Positions 29,287 to 37,230 of a DNA stretch of 37,541 nucleotides are shown here, piece by piece. The stretch's first letter is position 1; every line of letters begins with the position of its first letter. The position numbers and the translations under genes were made by a program. Location of the stretch: UHGV virus genome UHGV-0082335; one strand, 5' to 3'. Origin of the DNA: a virus. The notes under the pieces are model-generated. The model searched no databases, was not told the DNA's origin, and was given only the letters and a program-made list of their open reading frames with translations.

Positions 29287-30113
29287 GCAATCCCCCTGTC
29301 TGCAAACTTCCCTTCCCGTACTCCCGTTAACGAATCTTCCCTCAGCAGGTAATCAAAATCTGCCGTCCAGCCCGTGTCGTTGTCTCCGAAGTAAAACGGC
29401 TTGGCCTGATGCACAAACGCCCTGACATACGCTCTGAAACCGTCCACGTTTGGCGTTTTCAGTTGCGGGATGATTTTCTTCAGGCGGCGTTTGCGTTTCT
29501 CGTTGACCGCAACAGCATGTGGAAGTCTGTCACCGACTTCGGTGTTGTAGGCGTTCAGGAAGGATTCGTAGTCGATTCGTTCTGCCTTGCGACGTTCAGG
29601 TTTAACCTGCCCATCGCCGCCCCCGTTAGGGGGTAAGGGGGTATTTGTATTTATTGTCTTTTGTATATTGTCTTTTGTGTTTGACTGATTCGGTAAATTG
29701 CTTTTTACCGATTTGGTGAAGGTTTGTTTTACCGAATTGGTAAATGTTTTACCGAATCCGTTAACTTTCGTTTTCCACTCGGAAATGTTTGTATTCATAC
29801 CAACTTGACGCCCCACCTGAATGAGAACTCCCATTCTGATAAGCTCGTTTTTGGCGGTAGAGCATTTGGTTGGTGCCATGCCAGTGAGTTCAGCGAACTG
29901 TTCGTTTCCGATCCAATCTATTTTTTTGTTGTAACCGTATGTCTTGCGCCACACAGCCATAACAATCAGTAACTGATGTAGAGTAAGTCCAGAAAGCATG
30001 GCGGCTTCTAACAGTGTGTTTGCAGTCCGAGTGTAGCCATCTTCGAGTTCTGCCACGCGATGCTCCACGACCTCCAGTTGAGGCCTGTAATCAGCTAACT
30101 TAACGACGCCCAT
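29283..30113 (-). CDS. Replication initiator, lambda O / P22 gp18-like (276 aa)
   Basis: Position between cII and the helicase; O-like N-terminal region; iteron array lies inside the coding sequence. Confidence 0.8.
   Translation of the reverse strand: MGVVKLADYRPQLEVVEHRVAELEDGYTRTANTLLEAAMLSGLTLHQLLIVMAVWRKTYGYNKKIDWIGNEQFAELTGMAPTKCSTAKNELIRMGVLIQVGRQVGMNTNISEWKTKVNGFGKTFTNSVKQTFTKSVKSNLPNQSNTKDNIQKTINTNTPLPPNGGGDGQVKPERRKAERIDYESFLNAYNTEVGDRLPHAVAVNEKRKRRLKKIIPQLKTPNVDGFRAYVRAFVHQAKPFYFGDNDTGWTADFDYLLREDSLTGVREGKFADRGIA
29688..29757. repeat. Putative origin iterons (TTTACCGAAT copies in both orientations) with adjacent AT-rich region
   Basis: ATTCGGTAAA (29688-29697), TTTACCGAT (29704-29712), TTTTACCGAAT (29727-29737 and 29747-29757); flanked at 29641-29680 by GTATTTGTATTTATTGTCTTTTGTATATTGTCTTTTGTG. 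Confidence 0.6.
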
Positions 30114-30293
30114 GTTTCACTCCTGCTTTGGCTAGTCTGTAAACACCAACAAGGCGCTCTGCGAACGCCCTGTTATTTGCTGCGGCTACCACTAATCCCT
30201 CAGGTGAATCAGGGTGTCGAATCTCTTCTTTTTCCTGGTATTTCTTACGACGTTTTGTCATAATGACTCCTGTGGATTGATCCAGTAATTCCC

Positions 30294-30590
30294 TCAGAAT
30301 TGCATATCAATTTGCTTAGAGTCCCCGGCGGCCACCGGGGATTTTTTCTTTGTGATTTCATCAAGCGCATACTTAAAAGCCCTGCTAATCGGACTGATGT
30401 CTGATGCCATTCCGAAAGCACACAAGACCGAAGCAATAAATCTCCAGTCCGTTCTGCTTATCTTCGATTCATGACAGCCAATCATCTTTGCCAGACCGCG
30501 CTGGGTAAGCGTTGACAGGTTGATGAGTAAATCTGTTTCTGCGCGATCAACGTCGCGCTGTGATAGTTTGCTGTAACTTGTTTGTTCCAT
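30294..30590 (-). CDS. cII: CII-family transcriptional activator (98 aa)
   Basis: HTH region GLAKMIGCHESKISRTDW parallels lambda CII (VGVDKSQISRWKRDW); position between cro and the initiator gene. Confidence 0.7.
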   Translation of the reverse strand: MEQTSYSKLSQRDVDRAETDLLINLSTLTQRGLAKMIGCHESKISRTDWRFIASVLCAFGMASDISPISRAFKYALDEITKKKSPVAAGDSKQIDMQF

Positions 30591-30675
30591 TTCTTAAGAT
30601 TTCCAGTAGTGAATAGTTAGTTGAAAGGTATGCGTGGAAACGCATATGGCCTTAGTTGGTCAGATATCTTGGAAC

Positions 30676-30720
30676 TCGCTTTTCAGCGACGTAGGACGAA
30701 TGTCCGTTGTTACAAAGAGC
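30676..30720 (-). promoter_or_regulatory. nutR: boxA (GCTCTTTGTAACAACGG) and boxB hairpin (UCGCU-GAAA-AGCGA)
   Basis: rrn-like boxA followed by a 5-bp stem/GAAA loop hairpin (30676-30689); the same architecture with a compensatory stem change occurs upstream of N. Confidence 0.55.
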
Positions 30721-30731
30721 GGATCCGCTTA

Positions 30732-30947
30732 TTAAGCGGCTTTGTGTTCCGGCGGGAACACGTCATCAAGACTGACTTTTGCGCCTAACTTGTTTAGGCA
30801 CGCAACAAGAGCACGGCATGTTTTAAGGTCTGGGAAGCGACGACCAGATTCCCAATGTCCGATAGCTCCCTGTGTGCATCCAACTGCCTTAGCAAGTGTT
30901 GTTTGAGAGATATTCAGTGACTCTCGATATTTTCGTAGGTTGCTCAT
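30732..30947 (-). CDS. cro: Cro-like HTH repressor (71 aa; start at internal ATG 30947)
   Basis: MSNLRKYRESLNISQTTLAKAVGCTQGAIGHWESGRR carries an XRE-type HTH; GGAGGG RBS; divergent from cI. Confidence 0.7.
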   Translation of the reverse strand: MSNLRKYRESLNISQTTLAKAVGCTQGAIGHWESGRRFPDLKTCRALVACLNKLGAKVSLDDVFPPEHKAA

Positions 30948-30972
30948 ATGCCCTCCATAGTAACCATAACGC

Positions 30973-31002
30973 AATAATACGATATGTACTTTTAGAATGC
31001 AA
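30973..31002 (-). promoter_or_regulatory. PR promoter (-35 TTGCAT, -10 TATTAT, 17-bp spacer)
   Basis: Minus strand TTGCAT-17 nt-TATTAT about 25 nt upstream of the cro start; overlapped by an operator-like site. Confidence 0.6.
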
Positions 31003-31047
31003 ACAAAAAATACATCTTGTGCATGGATGATTTTAGTACAGAGCGTA
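30978..31047. promoter_or_regulatory. OR operator cluster: three TAC-N5-GTA sites
   Basis: TACGATATGTA (30978-30988), TACATCTTGTG (31011-31021, imperfect), TACAGAGCGTA (31037-31047); the same motif lies in the PL spacer. Confidence 0.45.
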
Positions 31048-31064
31048 ATAATAAGGGTATGAAA

Positions 31065-31718
31065 ATGAAATGGTATGAACTGGCTAGATCCAGAATGAAA
31101 GAGCTCGGCATAACTCAAGAGAAGTTAGCCGAAGAGCTTGGTATGACGCAGGGTGGAATTGGTCACTGGTTGCGCGGATCTCGTCATCCATCTCTTGACG
31201 AGATTGGTGTGGTGTTTAAATACCTTGGTATTGATAACGTCTCATTCAACCACGACGGTACATTTTCACCTGTTGGCGAATACTCATCTGCCCCCGTTAA
31301 AAAACAATATGAGTACCCTGTTTTTTCTCATGTTCAGGCCGGTATGTTCTCGCCTGAGCTTAGAACCTTTACCAAAGGTGATGCGGAGAGATGGGTCAGC
31401 ACAACCAAAAAAGCCAGTGATTGTGCGTTTTGGCTTGAAGTTGAAGGTAATTCCATGACCGCGCCAACAGGATCCAAGCCAAGCTTTCCTGACGGGATGT
31501 TAATTCTCGTTGACCCTGAGCAGGCTGTTGAGCCAGGTGATTTCTGCATAGCCAGACTTGGTGGTGACGAGTTTACCTTCAAGAAACTGATCAGGGATAG
31601 CGGTCAGGTGTTCCTACAACCACTAAACCCGCAATATCCAATGATTCCATGCAATGATAGCTGTTCCGTAGTAGGGAAAGTTATCGCCAGCCAGTGGCCT
31701 GAAGAGACATTTAGTTAA
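31065..31718 (+). CDS. cI: CI-type prophage repressor, HTH plus LexA-like S24 peptidase domain (start ATG 31065; ATG 31059 also possible)
   Basis: N-terminal HTH ([20 protein letters not shown]); C-terminal domain ...[50 protein letters not shown]...[11 protein letters not shown] closely parallels P22 C2 as I recall it. Confidence 0.85.
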   Translation: MKWYELARSRMKELGITQEKLAEELGMTQGGIGHWLRGSRHPSLDEIGVVFKYLGIDNVSFNHDGTFSPVGEYSSAPVKKQYEYPVFSHVQAGMFSPELRTFTKGDAERWVSTTKKASDCAFWLEVEGNSMTAPTGSKPSFPDGMLILVDPEQAVEPGDFCIARLGGDEFTFKKLIRDSGQVFLQPLNPQYPMIPCNDSCSVVGKVIASQWPEETFS

Positions 31719-31749
31719 CAGCCTCACCACTCTAAAACACACAACAATA

Positions 31750-31778
31750 ACCCGACCTTAGCGTCGGGTTTTCTTTTT
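31750..31778 (+). terminator. Intrinsic terminator downstream of cI
   Basis: ACCCGAC-CTTAGC-GTCGGGT stem-loop followed by TTTTCTTTTT. Confidence 0.75.
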
Positions 31779-31844
31779 CCAAAATATAAACCCATTAAAT
31801 ACAAAGCGTTATAAAAAACTAAACCATATTTAGAACATTTTGTA

Positions 31845-31873
31845 TTGACTCAGTAAAGTACACATCGTACTAT
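31845..31873 (+). promoter_or_regulatory. PL promoter (-35 TTGACT, -10 TACTAT) with OL operator in the spacer
   Basis: TTGACT-17 nt-TACTAT; spacer holds GTACACATCGTAC (TAC-N5-GTA motif, 31859-31869); AT-rich upstream region. Confidence 0.65.
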
Positions 31874-31918
31874 TTAGCCATCAGCAGGAAGCTGGAAGCC
31901 AAACGGAACAGACTGGCA

Positions 31919-31966
31919 GGCTCTTTAAACAACGTCGAACACTCGACTACGTGGCTGAAAAGCCAG
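31919..31966 (+). promoter_or_regulatory. nutL: boxA (GGCTCTTTAAACAAC) and boxB hairpin (UGGCU-GAAA-AGCCA)
   Basis: rrn-like boxA at 31919-31933; hairpin at 31953-31966 with the same GAAA loop as nutR and a compensatory stem change. Confidence 0.6.
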
Positions 31967-32063
31967 ATCACCCAACCACATAAGCTGTGGGATGCAATGC
32001 CGAAGCAACCGTCTCAGGAGGGGCTTCGAGATTGCATCGCCAAAGTTTATTCGGGAGGAATCT

Positions 32064-32336
32064 ATGTCCAGAAAAACAGAATTTAAAGGAACCGCAGCTT
32101 CTCGCCGTAGAGCTCGTCGTGCAAATCTGCAAAGTCAGGAGGCGATCAGCTCCGACAAGCTACACAGGCCAACCCCTTCACGAGTGGTCTTGCAATGCAA
32201 GCGCAAACCAGCAATGAGAGCAGAAGTGATAACTCTGACAACGTTGACCAGAAAATATGAAGGTTCAACTTGTCTTCCGAACGTAGCCATTTACGCGGCA
32301 GGCTACCGGAAATCAAAACAACTGACGGCGAGATGA
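32064..32336 (+). CDS. N: N-like antitermination protein (90 aa; start at internal ATG 32064)
   Basis: Arginine-rich motif near the N-terminus (TAASRRRARRANLQ) as in lambda/P22 N proteins; GGGAGG RBS; first gene after PL/nutL. Confidence 0.7.
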   Translation: MSRKTEFKGTAASRRRARRANLQSQEAISSDKLHRPTPSRVVLQCKRKPAMRAEVITLTTLTRKYEGSTCLPNVAIYAAGYRKSKQLTAR

Positions 32337-32394
32337 CTTGTGTTGGTCGCCAGAAAATGAAATTAGGCAGCAAACCACTTATTTGAGGTGAGAT

Positions 32395-32865
32395 ATGACA
32401 AAATCATGGAGCGTACCTTTTCCTGAATCAGAAACTGAACATGATGGAATGCCTGTTTTCTGGAGATTCCAGGCGACAGTTGAAGAAGATGGAATCAAAA
32501 TATTAGCACTTCAATATATAGCTTTTCATCAGACAGAGCATTATGCATGGTTGGTTCCTGCGCATTGGATTGTTAATTTTAAACCAGCACCAAATCAGTG
32601 GTTACAGGAATGGAAACAAAGGAGAAATAGATATGCAATTAAGAAAGTAGCAAAAAATGCAGAAAGATCTTTTGCATTCCCAACGAAGAAACTTGCCATT
32701 GAGAGTTTATTGCGCCGGAAGAAATACCATTTAATGAGAATCAAACAAGATTTGGCTGTTGTATCAACTCTTGTTGATGGGATGAAGAATATTGATACAT
32801 CAACACCAGATATTGAATATAACTTTGGACACAACCAAGAAACAGAAAATTGGGTATTCTACTAG
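32395..32865 (+). CDS. Hypothetical protein (156 aa), AT-rich moron-like gene
   Basis: RBS GAGGTGAG; markedly AT-rich; followed by its own strong terminator; no recognisable motif. Confidence 0.6.
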   Translation: MTKSWSVPFPESETEHDGMPVFWRFQATVEEDGIKILALQYIAFHQTEHYAWLVPAHWIVNFKPAPNQWLQEWKQRRNRYAIKKVAKNAERSFAFPTKKLAIESLLRRKKYHLMRIKQDLAVVSTLVDGMKNIDTSTPDIEYNFGHNQETENWVFY

Positions 32866-32890
32866 GCCGCATAGTCGGCCTTTATTTTTG
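32864..32890 (+). terminator. Strong intrinsic terminator after the 156-aa ORF
   Basis: AGGCCG-CATAGT-CGGCCT followed by TTTATTTTT. Confidence 0.8.
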
Positions 32891-33047
32891 GCATAAACAA
32901 CAGAATAAACACTGCACTGTGTATTCATTCCAACGAGTGAATACACGGAGCAATGTCGCTCGTAACTAAACAGGAGCCGACTTGTTCTGATTATTGGAAA
33001 TCTTCTTTGCCCTCCAGTGTGAGGGCAATTTTTTTGACGGAGGATAT

Positions 33048-33359
33048 ATGAAATTACGTGTCTGGCATATCCCGCAAGTACCTATGAAGCCGTTCATTGT
33101 AGAAGTGGCAAGTGTTGAAGAGGGTGTTCGCCTGATGGACGCACTGGCTGATTATGACGCCTTTCAGTATGACAACAACATCAAGCCTGATTACTGCAAT
33201 GCTAACGGCCTTGAGATGTGGGATGAGAGCCTTACCGATGAAGATTTATCAGAGATGGGGCTTACTGATCGCTGGGTGGATTGGTACAGCGAATGCCAAT
33301 GTTACGACGACCCACGTAAATATCTCGAAAGCCTGAAAGAAGAAACATCAGCCGCCTAA
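33048..33359 (+). CDS. Hypothetical acidic protein (about 104 aa; start at internal ATG 33048)
   Basis: ORF in the early-left operon (MKLRVWHIPQVPMKPFIVEV...); contains a CQCYDDP motif; function unknown. Confidence 0.5.
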   Translation: MKLRVWHIPQVPMKPFIVEVASVEEGVRLMDALADYDAFQYDNNIKPDYCNANGLEMWDESLTDEDLSEMGLTDRWVDWYSECQCYDDPRKYLESLKEETSAA

Positions 33360-33434
33360 GTGCGGCTTTACCGCATACCAATAACGCTTCACTCGAGGCG
33401 TTTTCGTTATGCAATCAAACAGAAGGAGCATCCT

Positions 33435-33605
33435 ATGCAACAGTTCGCTATTGCAGGGGCGGCATCGGTTCGCCCTTTCAACCCGATTTTATCGGTGCAG
33501 CATTCACGAAAAAATATTTTAACCGGAGCAGACTTTAAACAACCTCGCGTTAAGAGCTTGCTGGATCGTCTTGTTGAGTTTCTGAATCAAAAGGTACAGC
33601 CATGA
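33435..33605 (+). CDS. cIII: CIII-like small protein (56 aa; start at internal ATG 33435)
   Basis: MQQFAIAG... start and ..SLLDRLVEFLNQ.. segment resemble lambda CIII (MQYAIAGW..., SLLERITRKL...); AGGAG RBS 7 nt upstream. Confidence 0.45.
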   Translation: MQQFAIAGAASVRPFNPILSVQHSRKNILTGADFKQPRVKSLLDRLVEFLNQKVQP

Positions 33606-33766
33606 AAAAACCAACTTACGAGGAACTGGAAGAAGCCCTGAAAGAGCTTAGAAGAATGGCTTTCGCCCGACGCACTAACTCTCACAACTGCGGCCCATTT
33701 CAGTACTCTGATTTATGCGAGGACATCATTGAGGTAACTCAACTGATTAAGGTCGTTAAGCAATGA
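33602..33766 (+). CDS. Small hypothetical protein (54 aa)
   Basis: Hand-translated ORF not in the supplied track: MKKPTYEELEEALKELRRMAFARRTNSHNCGPFQYSDLCEDIIEVTQLIKVVKQ; ATG overlaps the cIII-like stop. Confidence 0.35.
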   Translation: MKKPTYEELEEALKELRRMAFARRTNSHNCGPFQYSDLCEDIIEVTQLIKVVKQ

Positions 33767-33840
33767 GCATTGCGGATACATGGTCAGACGAAGAATTCAT
33801 TCGTCAGATGAAAGAATTAATCGGTAACGAAGGAGATATT

Positions 33841-34011
33841 CATGTCACTTGCAACCACAGTGAAGGAGAGCAAGTTACAGAGACGCATGTACACGCAGCA
33901 GGCGTTAATGTATCGCCAGAAGGGAGATCGTGAAGGTGTTCGCGTATTTTTAAATGCGGCAAAGACTGAAGTATTAAATCAGCGTTATTTCCTTGGGCCA
34001 TGTCCATTCTG
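33841..34011 (+). CDS. Small hypothetical protein (56 aa); an alternative 56-aa ORF at 33763-33933 overlaps in another frame
   Basis: Strong RBS AAGGAGA 5 nt upstream of ATG 33841; product MSLATTVKESKLQRRMYTQQALMYRQKGDREGVRVFLNAAKTEVLNQRYFLGPCPF. Which frame is expressed is unresolved. Confidence 0.3.
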
Positions 34012-34022
34012 AGAACAATCAT

Positions 34023-34628
34023 ATGAGCAAAGAATTTTACGCAAGACTGGCAGCTATTCAGGAGAATCTGAACGCGCCAAAGAATCAGTACAACTCATTC
34101 GGTAAATATAAATACAGAAGCTGCGAAGACATTCTTGAAGGCGTTAAGCCGCTACTGAATGGCCTGTTTTTATCAATCAGCGATGAAGTTGTGTTGATTG
34201 GTGATCGGTATTACGTGAAAGCAACGGCAACTATTACCGATGGCGAAAACAGTCATACGGCAACCGCACTAGCACGAGAGGAAGAAAGCAAGAAAGGAAT
34301 GGATTCTGCACAAGTTACGGGAGCTACAAGCTCTTATGCACGCAAGTATTGCCTCAATGGTTTGTTCGGCATTGATGATGCGAAAGATGCAGATACAGAC
34401 GAGCATAAACATCAGCAGAACGCAGCAGCAAAGCAATCAAAACCATCACCTACATCTGAACAGGTTCTAAAAGCATTCACTGACGCAGCAATGCAGAAAA
34501 ACACCGTAGAAGAGCTTAAACAGGCGTTCGCCAAAGCGTGGAAGATGCTCGAAGGCACACCGGAGCAGCACAAAGCGCAGGACGTTTACAACATCAGACG
34601 AGGCGAATTAGAAGGAGCGGCAGCTTAA
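34023..34628 (+). CDS. erf: Erf single-strand annealing protein (about 201 aa; start at internal ATG 34023)
   Basis: MSKEFYARLAAIQENLNAPKNQYNSFGKYKYRSCEDILEGVKPLL... matches P22 Erf as I recall it. Confidence 0.8.
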   Translation: MSKEFYARLAAIQENLNAPKNQYNSFGKYKYRSCEDILEGVKPLLNGLFLSISDEVVLIGDRYYVKATATITDGENSHTATALAREEESKKGMDSAQVTGATSSYARKYCLNGLFGIDDAKDADTDEHKHQQNAAAKQSKPSPTSEQVLKAFTDAAMQKNTVEELKQAFAKAWKMLEGTPEQHKAQDVYNIRRGELEGAAA

Positions 34629-35011
34629 TGGCACATTCGATTACTGTAAGACTAAACAAGCCCGCAAGAGAGTTTCAGGCCGGGGAAAATATCGGATTCA
34701 ACATCCGTGCTGGCGTTCAGTATTACGATCGCCAGACAAAAAAGAAAGAATGGACAAACTACAGCGCCGTTGTATTTGCCAAGCCGGGAGCGCAAGTGGA
34801 TTACTACCGTAGTGTTCTTGTTGAAGGTGGCATTGTTGAAATTACCGGAGAAAACATCAGGGTTGATGTTTATCAGGGGCAAAATGGTCAATCAATCACT
34901 CTTGAATTACTGAATGCAAAGATTGGATTTGCAGCTTCAGGAAATGGCCCGCAGCAGCAAAGTAGTAACCAGCAGAACACTCCTGTATACGACGATTCCA
35001 TCCCATTCTGA
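34628..35011 (+). CDS. Small single-stranded DNA-binding-like protein (127 aa) with SSB-type acidic C-terminal tail
   Basis: C-terminus ...PVYDDSIPF resembles the E. coli SSB tail (DDDIPF); preceded by a Gln/Gly/Asn-rich linker; start overlaps the erf stop (TAATG). Confidence 0.6.
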   Translation: MAHSITVRLNKPAREFQAGENIGFNIRAGVQYYDRQTKKKEWTNYSAVVFAKPGAQVDYYRSVLVEGGIVEITGENIRVDVYQGQNGQSITLELLNAKIGFAASGNGPQQQSSNQQNTPVYDDSIPF

Positions 35012-35034
35012 TTCAGAAAAATAAGGATTTAATT

Positions 35035-35331
35035 ATGCCAGCGCCTCTGTATGGTGCGGATGACCCGCGCCGCTGTTCCGGCAATTCCGTATCGGAGGTG
35101 CTGGATAAATTCAGGAAAAACTACGACCGGATAATGTCTCTACCGCAGGAAACGAAAGAGGAAAAGGAATTTCGCCATTGTATATGGCTTGCAGAGAAAG
35201 AAGAACGCGAGCGAATTTACCAGACATCAATCCGACCATTCCGCAAAGCCACATATACCCACTTCCCTGAATATATCGACCCGCGCCTGCGTAATTACCG
35301 CTCACGCTATGGCGCCATCAGTAATGACTGA
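35035..35331 (+). CDS. Abc2-like anti-RecBCD protein (98 aa)
   Basis: Position just downstream of erf as in P22; sequence resembles my recollection of P22 Abc2; unverified. Confidence 0.5.
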   Translation: MPAPLYGADDPRRCSGNSVSEVLDKFRKNYDRIMSLPQETKEEKEFRHCIWLAEKEERERIYQTSIRPFRKATYTHFPEYIDPRLRNYRSRYGAISND

Positions 35332-35341
35332 GGAATTTACC

Positions 35342-35506
35342 ATGAGAGGACTTGCATACAACCCCGGCATTCTTCCTGCAGAAATGATTATTCGCCAACG
35401 CGTAAAGCCAATGCCATCGAGAGAGGAATTGCTTAAGAGAAATTCTTTTCCATCAGTGAATCAAAACAAATATCTGAATGCAATGTTGCGGAGTGGGAAG
35501 AAATGA
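35342..35506 (+). CDS. Small hypothetical protein (54 aa)
   Basis: Internal ATG 35342 with GAGGAA RBS ([21 protein letters not shown]...); the upstream part of the listed ORF overlaps the abc2-like gene in another frame. Confidence 0.35.
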   Translation: MRGLAYNPGILPAEMIIRQRVKPMPSREELLKRNSFPSVNQNKYLNAMLRSGKK

Positions 35507-36063
35507 AACAAATGTCACTAATTGAGATGGATGGATTTCTGAAAGGTAAATGCATCCCACGAGATTTAAAGGTTAACGAAACAAACGCTGAATATCTGGT
35601 GCGTAAATTTGCTGAAGCGGAGGCCAAGATTTCGGCTCTGTCCGAAGACCACCAGAAAGCGATTGAGTCAATTAAGCAGGCTGATTCGGCTGTTAAGTTG
35701 GCACACGAGAAGTTTTCAGCGCTGGCGGCGGAGAATGCGGGGCTGAAGTCTGGCGCTATGGACGAAATCAAGGTTATCAACCGTGGAGGTCAGGCATATT
35801 GCGTAAAAGATGGAGTGCAAGTTAATCCCATGTATGCAAGAGGGTGGAATGACTATCGCGCAAAGTCTATGCAATCAGACACCCCAGCCACCGATGCTTT
35901 CCTGGCTGAAGTCCGGGCTAAGGCGTTTGATGACCTTTGCGCGGCGTTCGTTAAGCACGCGTCGGTGTCCGGGCTGGACGATGGCGACTGCGTTACGGTG
36001 AAAGAGGCGACTGACGCCCTGCTGCATTGTGCGGAACAGCTTCACGAGGGAGTGCATTCATGA
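35503..36063 (+). CDS. Hypothetical early-left protein (186 aa)
   Basis: ORF with ATGA overlaps at both ends; no recognisable motif. Confidence 0.5.
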   Translation: MKQMSLIEMDGFLKGKCIPRDLKVNETNAEYLVRKFAEAEAKISALSEDHQKAIESIKQADSAVKLAHEKFSALAAENAGLKSGAMDEIKVINRGGQAYCVKDGVQVNPMYARGWNDYRAKSMQSDTPATDAFLAEVRAKAFDDLCAAFVKHASVSGLDDGDCVTVKEATDALLHCAEQLHEGVHS

Positions 36064-36302
36064 GCAACCTACTACCATGTCCATTCTGTGGCGGCGCAGC
36101 GCACGTTGCCAGCGAAGCAGATCACCCTGAATATGGCTCCGGCGGTCGATTCTATTTCGTTCGATGCGGTACGTGTCGCGCTCAATCTGGTAGCAAATAT
36201 GCAGCGCCTGGAAATGACTGCGCGATTTTTTATTCAGAGGTTAGAGCAGAGTGGAATCAGCGAGCAAAGGAGGCAACCAGTGAGCGGAAAAAGAATGACT
36301 AA
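36060..36302 (+). CDS. Lar-family restriction alleviation-like zinc-ribbon protein (80 aa; start at internal ATG 36060)
   Basis: [12 protein letters not shown]...CGTC: CPFCGG plus CxxC zinc-ribbon pattern characteristic of Lar-type proteins. Confidence 0.55.
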   Translation: MSNLLPCPFCGGAAHVASEADHPEYGSGGRFYFVRCGTCRAQSGSKYAAPGNDCAIFYSEVRAEWNQRAKEATSERKKND

Positions 36303-36504
36303 CAGAGAGCTTGTTGATGCCGCGATTAAGCTTGCTGGTGATTTTTATTCAATGATGGGGTACACGCATCGCCCAGGCTTCAAATATTGGGAGTCTCCGC
36401 ACCCGCAAGAGCAACTGGTATTTCAAATGGCCTGCCGTGCTTTTGAGGTTATTCGCGGTTCTGATGTGATGGACGCCGTTGCCGACTTGGAGGATGAAGA
36501 GTGA
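36295..36504 (+). CDS. Hypothetical protein (69 aa; GTG 36280 with AAGGAGG RBS is an alternative start)
   Basis: MTNRELVDAAIKLAGDFYSMMGYTHRPGFKYWESPHPQEQLVFQMACRAFEVIRGSDVMDAVADLEDEE; overlaps neighbours at both ends. Confidence 0.4.
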   Translation: MTNRELVDAAIKLAGDFYSMMGYTHRPGFKYWESPHPQEQLVFQMACRAFEVIRGSDVMDAVADLEDEE

Positions 36505-37226
36505 ACAAGATTGACTACCAGGCACTGCGTGAAAAGGCAGAGAAAGCAACGTGTGGCGAGTGGTCGCTCGAATATGGAGAGGGCCGATTTGATGGTGATG
36601 ATGCGCTAATTCATCGTGAAGTTGTTGGATATCTTCCCATTTGCAGAATTGAAGGAGCGCATCCTGAAAGCGGTTTCGATGAAGATTTCCAAATGGAACA
36701 GCAGGCCAATGCTGAATTCATCGCCGCAGCCAATCCGGCTACCGTGCTGGCATTACTGGATGAACTGGAAAGAAACCAGCAATACATCAAACGCCGTGAC
36801 CAGGAGAACGAGGATATTGCGCTAACGGTAGGGAAGCTGCGCGTTGAGCTGGAAGGCAAAGACAGCAAAATAGCCAATCTTACCGCCGAACGCGATGCTC
36901 TTCGTGAAGGTGAGATGGGCGACGCTAGGCATAGCAACACACGGGCCGCAGCTGATATCTACTTCCAACTGGTCGAGGAGTGCGAAATCCCTGCTGGCGG
37001 ATCTCTGGTCGAGTACGTTGACGATATGCGCGAGAAGCTGGAAGCCGCAGAGAAGCGCATTGCAGAACTGGAAGCACGGGAGGTTGTACTGCCGCGTGCG
37101 CACGATGTTCACCCATTAGGGCCGCAGTCGGCGAAAATTTTTTGTGAGTTTCACCGGAGTATCGTGAACAGATGCGCCGATGAGATTCGCAAGGTTGGCG
37201 TCAAAGTCAGCATCAAGGGGAATTAG
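36501..37226 (+). CDS. Ead/Ea22-like protein (241 aa)
   Basis: N-terminus MNKIDYQALREKAEKATCGEWSLEY... and central coiled coil are typical of the Ead/Ea22-like family of lambdoid prophages. Confidence 0.65.
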   Translation: MNKIDYQALREKAEKATCGEWSLEYGEGRFDGDDALIHREVVGYLPICRIEGAHPESGFDEDFQMEQQANAEFIAAANPATVLALLDELERNQQYIKRRDQENEDIALTVGKLRVELEGKDSKIANLTAERDALREGEMGDARHSNTRAAADIYFQLVEECEIPAGGSLVEYVDDMREKLEAAEKRIAELEAREVVLPRAHDVHPLGPQSAKIFCEFHRSIVNRCADEIRKVGVKVSIKGN

Positions 37227-37230
37227 GGAT

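Noticed and set aside
30120-30436. ORF 30245-30436 (minus) and a 52-codon hand-translated ORF at 30103-30261 between cII and the initiator gene
   Set aside because: The first overlaps the cII coding sequence out of frame; the second is short and would overlap the initiator start, with no conservation evidence.
30718-30729. 12-bp perfect palindrome AGCGGATCCGCT at the cro 3' end
   Set aside because: Overlaps the cro stop and the nutR boxA; most simply part of the boxA region rather than a separate site.
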